Assembly (NCBI GenBank): GCA_002633005.1
Contig: NMRA01000351.1
Location: 173,258-237,257, forward strand
Direction: 5' to 3'
Source of the DNA: Phoronis australis
Lineage: Eukaryota > Animalia > Phoronida
DNA length: 64,000 nt
The notes under the pieces are model-generated. The model made no database searches. It saw only the letters and a program-made list of their open reading frames with translations, and had not been told where the DNA came from. Positions 61,901-64,000 of this stretch are shown one piece after another. Made by a program: the position numbers and the translations under genes. Position 1 is the first letter of the stretch; each line of letters starts with the position of its first letter.

Positions 61901-63909
61901 ACATTAAAATGCACCCGCCCAGCCAAAGTTTCGTGTTTTTGAGATGCAGCTGAAAGGCACGTAAGCCAAGTAGGTAAACATCGCCCGAATGTACCACACA
62001 GTTTGGTTTAGCCACTCAAATTACGGTGTACCCTTAGAATTAGAATACTTTAGTACTAAAAAATTTGACGGGTCCGTTCTATGAGGGTTGAAAAGTGATT
62101 ATACAGCAAGAATGAGGTATGCCGTCCAACTAGGACAGCTAGTGTCCCCCTCGTTTCCTTTTAATTCCATGTTTGATGCCCGCTCTGAACAACACAGTTA
62201 CAGGTTCATTATCCCTGCGTTAGCTCGCAGGAAATCAGCAGCACCAGTACAAACCTTATCCTACATAATGCATGCATACTTGCCTTTGAACTACACCGCT
62301 TAGAATTATTCATTATGAACAGAATAATAACACAATCCCAAACAAACGGTGTTATCTCTACAGTCAATGCGAAAGTAGGGCCTGTAGCCGTCACTATACC
62401 TATCAGCTTTATTAAACCGCAACAAAAATAAAGTACCTCTCTTTCATCACAGTTTTGAGAACCAATGTCAAGCTTTGTTTAGTGCGTTTCCAAAGTTCCG
62501 AACAGCCATGGCGTGGTCTCTCATTTGAAAGAGCTAGGGGATGATCCATGTTTTTATATGGCATTATGCGGACTCCTTGCGCCAGAGAGCAGCGCTAAAG
62601 TTATAGTAAGCTGTGGTCCAAACACCAAGAAACTAGCAGGCAACCAAGCGTTTGTTTACGACGTCGAGACTCAAAAACCATGCAAATATCAAGGTTAAAC
62701 TAAACTGAACGGCCAAATTCAATTCATTCCGTGTGATAATCTGTAACAAATACAAATACGAACAATATGATTGCACTAACAGGCATCTCTCTGACATCCG
62801 TACCAATGGAACGCTGACAAGTCATTGAAAATAGCATTGTATCTATTGTTGGTACTTAAGCCTCGTTCATACATCTGTCTAGCGCGCAGTCGGCTTCGCG
62901 TAAGCCTAAAATACACTGTATTCACGCAGTCCCCATTTTAAATTTTAAAAACAATGCATTTTGCGCTTAAATACAACGCAAATTGTGATTTTTTCGCGTG
63001 CCTCGTTATACTGTATTCATGTCTGAAGTGCTTTTGAAACCTAAAATGAGGCTCACTACTGAAATGCTGACTGCGTGAATAAGTTCTATACAGTCAAGTT
63101 CATGCCGACTGCATTGACTTCTTTAGTTAGAGTCACGTGAGTTGACTAGCTAGGTGTCGTTACTTTTGCATTTTCAAAAGTTATAGAGAATATAAACCGT
63201 CTCTTTGTCGTTTTGCGGAATATGGCCATATAGATGTCCTTCCATTACTGGGCGGACATAAACGTTAAATTAAAAATAATAGGCGGTTGTTATACAGATT
63301 GAACTGTCTGTGCCCGTGTTTGGAGGGCCAGCCTTCGTTGCTAAGTAACATCAAGGTTTGACAAGCTTCACGTGTACATTCCGTTTGACAATTGTTAAAT
63401 TTTCTCCTCTAGACACATACTGTCATGTACATTAACACAGTCACGTCATTCATTCCAACCATAAGGTTACTGACAAGCATGTCTCTATTTACAAAGGTGA
63501 CGAGCATTGACAAGCATGCATGTAGGCCTACATGTGGCGAACACTAACAAGCGTTTTGTTGTATACAAATGTGGTCAATTTTGACTAGCAAACTTCTAGT
63601 TAAAAATGTGGTGAACATTGACAAGCATGTTTCAAAATAGAAATGCGGAGAATATTTCAGACAGACGAGTTGATCTCAAAATAGAATTTTAACTAAATAT
63701 CAAAAACAAAACATGTAAAAGGCTAAAGACATAATTTTATAAACGTAACAATATCCTACCGTGACTTATTATGACAACATCGCAACAAAACATTTCGCCA
63801 CTGAATCCCGTGATCCATGGGTTATACTTGTCCCATAAATAGCCTGGGTTACTTTTGTAGGATGAAGTGCTGGTCAAAATGCCCGGACAGTGCTGCCAGC
63901 GATGCGGAA
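4932..63909 (+). CDS. SSPO: Multi-exon gene (34 exons in window, 3' end outside): SCO-spondin-like secreted Cys-rich glycoprotein of the VWF/mucin superfamily
   Basis: Hand-spliced GT-AG exons give one open frame: SP-EMI-(VWD-C8-TIL-E)x2-TIL'-E'-VWD-C8-TIL-E-Cys module-LDLa-LDLa-TIL-VWC. EMI ahead of three D assemblies followed by LDLa repeats is the SCO-spondin layout. Orthology not tested. Confidence 0.75.
7283..7331 (-). ncRNA. Hammerhead-ribozyme-like core (Penelope-type, probably degenerate)
   Basis: CUGAUGA-U-GAUGU(augag)ACAUC-GAA-ACAUUUU(gaaguuga)AAAAUGU-U; stems II and III perfect, stem I poor. Confidence 0.45.
7348..7469. repeat. 38-bp tandem repeat x3
   Basis: cacc(t/a)acaatcttaaaccatagctaacaggatgcatca. 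Confidence 0.95.
8480..8760 (-). pseudogene. Degenerate THAP zinc-finger coding relic, probably DNA-transposon derived
   Basis: PKRTVSRGCISSN..ISFFLFPKD..RFV then a frameshift to GPTALCSAPFEKSYFD, matching THAP C..C, FP and LCSxHF motifs with key residues mutated. Confidence 0.65.
9293..9472. repeat. 30-bp minisatellite x6
   Basis: accgtgtagctaacacatcaccaaggcgcc, near-identical copies without spacers. Confidence 0.97.
11858..12010 (+). CDS. SCO-spondin-like exon 2 (EMI domain, N-terminal part)
   Basis: ttttcag|...|gtaaat; HGHFCEVQRVREVETFRHVSRREISGSLEPCSDYSIQDIVNRLGSLCQVYK; phase 2-2. Confidence 0.85.
14152..14243 (+). CDS. SCO-spondin-like exon 3 (EMI domain, C-terminal part)
   Basis: ttttggcag|...|gtaagt; YVTKRVPVRVRRLVNDEECCDGWTGANCDE carries the EMI CCxGWxGxxC signature. 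Confidence 0.9.
14430..14571. mobile_element. Second copy of the same MITE family
   Basis: Shares gcaagacttcg..agaacacgtga..tagctaggtcctagcg with 48731-48892. Confidence 0.65.
14593..14778. repeat. Degenerate ~36-bp tandem repeat, about 5 copies
   Basis: ccacgtctccgattcacaatcttacgtcgat variants. Confidence 0.65.
15244..15375 (+). CDS. SCO-spondin-like exon 4 (start of VWD1)
   Basis: ttccag|...|gtatgt; SFVRAYRDLTTPSGDYSHFCGVWGTDSPNVEKFHISTFNQTQY matches the CxxWG..HxxTF[DN] VWD start; phase 1-1; absent from ORF track. Confidence 0.8.
15745..15790 (-). ncRNA. Second hammerhead-ribozyme-like core (degenerate)
   Basis: CUGAUGA-U-GAGAC(augca)GUCUC-GAAA-uauagcuaguGUU; stem II perfect, stem III weak. 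Confidence 0.35.
15858..16250. repeat. Compound (TACA)n/(CA)n microsatellite
   Basis: Seen directly. Confidence 0.97.
16261..16411. mobile_element. Palindromic MITE-like element with ~60-bp imperfect TIRs; left-arm copy at about 15616-15677
   Basis: tcgttcaaaacacg..tttgtttgacag..agactcgc..tagtg versus cactac..gagtctg..ctgtcaaacaaaa..cgtgttttcaacga. Confidence 0.7.
16886..17034 (+). CDS. SCO-spondin-like exon 5 (VWD1)
   Basis: ctttcag|...|gtaagt; LTLSSSGASTNLLKDCSNPFEADDPLYYIQAEKLACEETGDSQCTLKLI. Confidence 0.85.
18937..19081 (+). CDS. SCO-spondin-like exon 6 (VWD1)
   Basis: aag|...|gtaagt; VYYNGQRIVIGPNLKATVNGNPKTIPGTVSAVMIQVVANKVVVSGLLK (VNG..xP beta strands). Confidence 0.85.
19330..19553 (+). 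CDS. SCO-spondin-like exon 7 (end of VWD1, CGACG)
   Basis: tacag|...|gtaagt; GLSVVYDAPSRIYLLLNKQVLSEDICGACGDFKD... Confidence 0.9.
20032..20278 (+). CDS. SCO-spondin-like exon 8 (C8-1)
   Basis: acceptor ttcaag chosen by phase, donor gtaagt; VTTAESECH...KYIQMCTTDYCLC...SRECEYFGVNVASWRQEYDC. Confidence 0.85.
21437..21565 (+). CDS. SCO-spondin-like exon 9 (TIL1)
   Basis: tttgcag|...|gtaggt; APECSNGKIWMDKAQECGRVCGSAGFKLECDGIGVEGCFCPN. Confidence 0.9.
22046..22166 (+). CDS. SCO-spondin-like exon 10 (TIL1 end / E1)
   Basis: ttgcag|...|gtaaat; DQLWNGTYCVAYEDCTCWRGHAENAVSYEVGQYFKADCETC. Confidence 0.9.
23868..24152 (+). CDS. SCO-spondin-like exon 11 (E1 end / VWD2 start)
   Basis: tttttag|...|gtaaac; TCQSGGKWECVTNDCSGTCSLEGGPLFNTFDDKRMNFASQCEFVL... 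Confidence 0.92.
24443..24626 (+). CDS. SCO-spondin-like exon 12 (VWD2)
   Basis: ctttcag|...|gtactt; INGFQVTMNGHALKVPYKKGDVTIW...RIYLKVDKKYNSQ. Confidence 0.9.
25878..27110 (-). mobile_element. 5'-truncated non-LTR retrotransposon (LINE) 3' end
   Basis: RCSSHTLEIQMARG..RLCKYC..EDKFHFLTRC..LR is a LINE ORF2 C-terminal zinc finger; (TAAA)n tail at about 25878-25897. Confidence 0.8.
27505..27835. repeat. 42-bp minisatellite, about 8 copies
   Basis: caaggtcgagtcaagcatagcacacaagataacacaacgcaa variants. Confidence 0.93.
27920..30850 (+). mobile_element. Heavily decayed Ty3/Gypsy pol (protease, RT, RNase H, integrase remnants) in intron 12
   Basis: Fragments MVIDT(T)GS, PEKMKAVKECP..KFIPRF..FRWTE, TERRY, SDNESSFTS, ANGEVERF with many stops and frameshifts; LTR pair not found; ends approximate. 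Confidence 0.8.
31178..31322. repeat. 33-bp tandem repeat, about 4 copies
   Basis: caggcagtaacaaccttcggtgtctgtgcactg variants. Confidence 0.85.
31596..31794 (+). CDS. SCO-spondin-like exon 13 (end of VWD2 / start of C8-2)
   Basis: ttttag|...|gtacct; VRGACGNFDNNPSNDLTNVNGDLVTDVQQFVGEWQTGANCPEVSIEETCNSENKAEAQMDCMKLMQ. Confidence 0.92.
31836..32408. repeat. Degenerate (AGT)n trinucleotide repeat with a 15-bp higher-order unit
   Basis: (gta)n and (atcagtagtagtagt)n starting about 40 nt after the exon 13 donor. Confidence 0.97.
32818..33000 (+). CDS. SCO-spondin-like exon 14 (C8-2)
   Basis: tttag|...|gtaagt; PFSNCHTVVDVKPYVELCMHQVCQC...CFCNALAAYSRQCNLAGVLVEWRTQDLC. Confidence 0.93.
33548..33672 (+). 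CDS. SCO-spondin-like exon 15 (TIL2)
   Basis: tttttag|...|gtaaac; VMCQYPDMEWVECGSNCGTTCASDHPENCQEECVEGCRCKE. Confidence 0.92.
33991..34247. mobile_element. hAT-like MITE with GC-rich ends
   Basis: catgggtgcaccca ... tgggtgcgcgcatg imperfect TIRs; TSD not evident. Confidence 0.45.
34500..34615 (+). CDS. SCO-spondin-like exon 16 (TIL2 end / E2)
   Basis: ttgtag|...|gtaagc; GYLFEPENKVCVPAENCTCMWREVEYQVNEIRKDRCNDC. Confidence 0.92.
35570..35616 (+). CDS. SCO-spondin-like exon 17 (E2 end, 47 nt)
   Basis: ttttcag|...|gtattt; VCNKGRWTCTEKDCT. Confidence 0.9.
37083..37314 (+). CDS. SCO-spondin-like exon 18 (TIL'-E')
   Basis: ccccag|...|gtatgt; VKYCPDHETWSDCTECEKTCNSMHLPCPNDCHRSGCVCSDGYVRESGICIKKNACPCTYAGKSYSNGEKITPGCNKC. 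Confidence 0.93.
37502..37606. repeat. ~52-bp tandem duplication
   Basis: actgaatgaacaacatatttatttagttgtttgcaaag.tttgatgtcgac x2. Confidence 0.88.
37743..38119 (+). CDS. SCO-spondin-like exon 19 (VWD3, GDPH)
   Basis: ctttcag|...|gtaagt; [49 protein letters not shown]...ENVPCGTTGVSCTKSV. Confidence 0.95.
38585..38886 (+). CDS. SCO-spondin-like exon 20 (VWD3 CGLCG / C8-3 start)
   Basis: tttcag|...|gtattt; GITINWDMGMRIYITLEPVYRGKVCGLCGNFDENANNDF...NPCDVNPRRKPWAIRSC...FAACRLE. Confidence 0.95.
39175..39331 (+). CDS. SCO-spondin-like exon 21 (C8-3)
   Basis: catag|...|gtgagt; IDVEPYYQACIFDSCGCDTGGDCECLCTAIAAYVTECNRVGVEVDWRSNQLC, the D3 hallmark; absent from ORF track. Confidence 0.95.
40168..40323 (+). 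CDS. SCO-spondin-like exon 22 (TIL3)
   Basis: ttatag|...|gtgaga; IMCDKGQTYQTCGNSCPQTCRDHSSDSPLLSSCSGQCGEGCHCPQGQYMQS. Confidence 0.93.
41538..41634 (+). CDS. SCO-spondin-like exon 23 (TIL3 end / E3)
   Basis: cttgcag|...|gtaaga; GRCVPKQSCNCTDEDGVSYTPTERITIDGCKDC. Confidence 0.9.
41930..42255. repeat. ~44-bp minisatellite, about 7 copies
   Basis: aaagacgtgccacgattgtagtcttgtgttgtcgtaacaagggt variants. Confidence 0.88.
44119..44283. repeat. 55-bp tandem repeat x3 abutting the exon 24 acceptor
   Basis: tttcaaggtaccgacattgttttcctaatggaggctataatatcagtgcgacaaa. Confidence 0.95.
44291..44352 (+). CDS. SCO-spondin-like exon 24 (E3 end)
   Basis: tttacag|...|gtaagt; VCQDGRFNCSTDNCPEVTTM. Confidence 0.88.
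45431..45537 (+). CDS. SCO-spondin-like exon 25 (Cys-rich module, first half)
   Basis: ctttcag|...|gtaagt; TGCSADQKPGCSSCRGTSEALCDIVKQEKTCPEPH; phase 1-0. Confidence 0.82.
45731..45888 (-). repeat. 3' LTR (158 bp)
   Basis: Preceded on the minus strand by the polypurine tract GAAGAAGGGAGA (45889-45900). Confidence 0.93.
45977..47581 (-). pseudogene. Gypsy pol remnant: protease end fused to RNase H tail, then integrase
   Basis: LLGKSACEQL...ADTLSR; HEGHMQIEKC..CSTC zinc finger; SDNGPQY and SNGLAES DDE core; split over three frames. Confidence 0.9.
47578..48647 (-). pseudogene. Gypsy gag and start of aspartic protease (frameshifted)
   Basis: LRTLAKPCEFG..LIRDRIVVG, twin zinc knuckle CRRCGTHH..CPAYGKICPRCQGKNHFAKYC, protease LDTGAQ; likely ATG at 48647 with a frameshift near 48555. 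Confidence 0.9.
48731..48892. mobile_element. MITE-like element nested in the 5' leader of the LTR element
   Basis: Inverted repeats cgttcagtaacgctaggacct / aggtcctagcgtctactgaacg; related copies at about 14430-14571 and 36440-36530. Confidence 0.7.
49000..49012 (-). promoter_or_regulatory. Primer binding site, complementary to the tRNA-Leu 3' end
   Basis: Minus strand TGGTGTCAGGAGT directly after the 5' LTR; plus strand ACTCCTGACACCA matches the eukaryotic tRNA-Leu(CAG) 3' end as recalled. Confidence 0.8.
49013..49172 (-). repeat. 5' LTR (160 bp)
   Basis: Direct repeat of 45731-45888 with 7 substitutions and one 2-bp indel by my count. Confidence 0.93.
49410..49554 (+). CDS. SCO-spondin-like exon 26 (Cys-rich module, second half)
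   Basis: ttcacag|...|gtgagt; SMCLTTKITNDEGDVTFYEVRCEPDCVDSCNDTTKPCRICKPRHCVTK; phase 0-1. Confidence 0.82.
51074..51178 (+). CDS. SCO-spondin-like exon 27 (LDL-receptor class A repeat)
   Basis: ttttcag|...|gtacgt; KCSDDGFVECKDGHCARECDGRAECLDGSDEQNC (CDG..xCxDGSDExxC). Confidence 0.92.
51879..51955 (+). CDS. SCO-spondin-like exon 28 (short Thr-rich linker plus Cys motif)
   Basis: ttttag|...|gtaacg; STTAAPTTTVPQCAYGCYHDGECKQ. Confidence 0.8.
53241..53330 (+). CDS. SCO-spondin-like candidate exon 29
   Basis: strong polypyrimidine acceptor ttttactcttttgcttag, donor ccag|gtattg, 90 nt phase 0-0; NSRPSDPCRRTLPLEDGCAMPQVIEAITVQ would supply two Cys missing from the next LDLa. Confidence 0.5.
53955..54099. 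mobile_element. Head-to-tail dimer of a ~70-bp TIR mini-element; homologous dimer at 18640-18773
   Basis: Unit (c)atgggcggc(g/a)cagcactgaaa..gtggg..tgcgccgcccatg has inverted ends. Confidence 0.6.
54426..55909. mobile_element. Non-autonomous TIR element of about 1.5 kb (PIF/Harbinger-like ends)
   Basis: Left agagaccttcgactactcgttaaacgcgaacgcg is an imperfect inverted match to right cgcgtttgcgttcaacatgtagccgaagctatct; second left-end copy near 54505. Confidence 0.5.
56015..56099 (+). CDS. SCO-spondin-like exon 30 (C-terminal part of an LDLa repeat)
   Basis: KFQCVSEVFRCDGTVDCPSGDDEEDCPS|gtaagt; acceptor ambiguous (56013, 56015 or 56024). Confidence 0.8.
57677..57823 (+). CDS. SCO-spondin-like exon 31 (divergent TIL)
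   Basis: tctcag|...|gtgagt; TPPPSQRCYDPVMEEYVSSCFGYVNRTCHSLGNTKVSLFDRGCCNCRK. Confidence 0.85.
58751..58827 (+). CDS. SCO-spondin-like exon 32 (TIL end / VWC start)
   Basis: cttgcag|...|gtataa; GASYDGEKCVRDDQCPCVDSRGNIRQ. Confidence 0.88.
60479..60595 (+). CDS. SCO-spondin-like exon 33 (VWC)
   Basis: cttacag|...|gtaaga; PLDIWPSYTDPDCTQHTCIDNRIDTEDESPNCPILFCPA. Confidence 0.85.
63861..63909 (+). CDS. SCO-spondin-like exon 34 (VWC end, CCxxC); gene continues past window
   Basis: ttttgtag|...|gtaaga; DEVLVKMPGQCCQRCG. Confidence 0.85.
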
Positions 63910-64000
63910 GTAAGAATTTCCCTGACTCTGTTTTAAGGAACACAATTGAATCTTAACTGAAAGGAATAGAATTTTGTCTACTCAGATTCATTCTTAGATT

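Overview
Eukaryotic (animal, AT-rich, intron-rich) genomic DNA, not prokaryotic; an invertebrate source is inferred from the gene and transposon content. The window is dominated by the 5' part of one large + strand gene that I assembled by hand into 34 GT-AG exons (4932..63909, about 4993 nt of CDS, about 1660 aa, still open at the window end). All junctions are phase-compatible; the exon 28-29-30 link is the least certain. The product is a secreted SCO-spondin-like (VWF/gel-forming mucin superfamily) protein: signal peptide, EMI, three D assemblies (VWD-C8-TIL-E) with TIL'-E' before D3, a two-exon Cys-rich module resembling a Ly6/uPAR three-finger domain, LDLa, Thr-rich linker, divergent LDLa, TIL, VWC. 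Introns hold an LTR-bounded Mag-like Ty3/Gypsy element that has lost RT/RNase H (with LTRs, 5-bp TSD, tRNA-Leu PBS, PPT and a nested MITE), a decayed second Gypsy pol, a 5'-truncated LINE, a THAP-domain relic, several MITE-like elements, two hammerhead-ribozyme-like cores and many mini/microsatellites. Most ORFs in the supplied track are spurious or exon-plus-intron read-throughs. No CRISPR, rRNA or tRNA genes were seen. All domain calls come from motif recognition by eye, with no database search.
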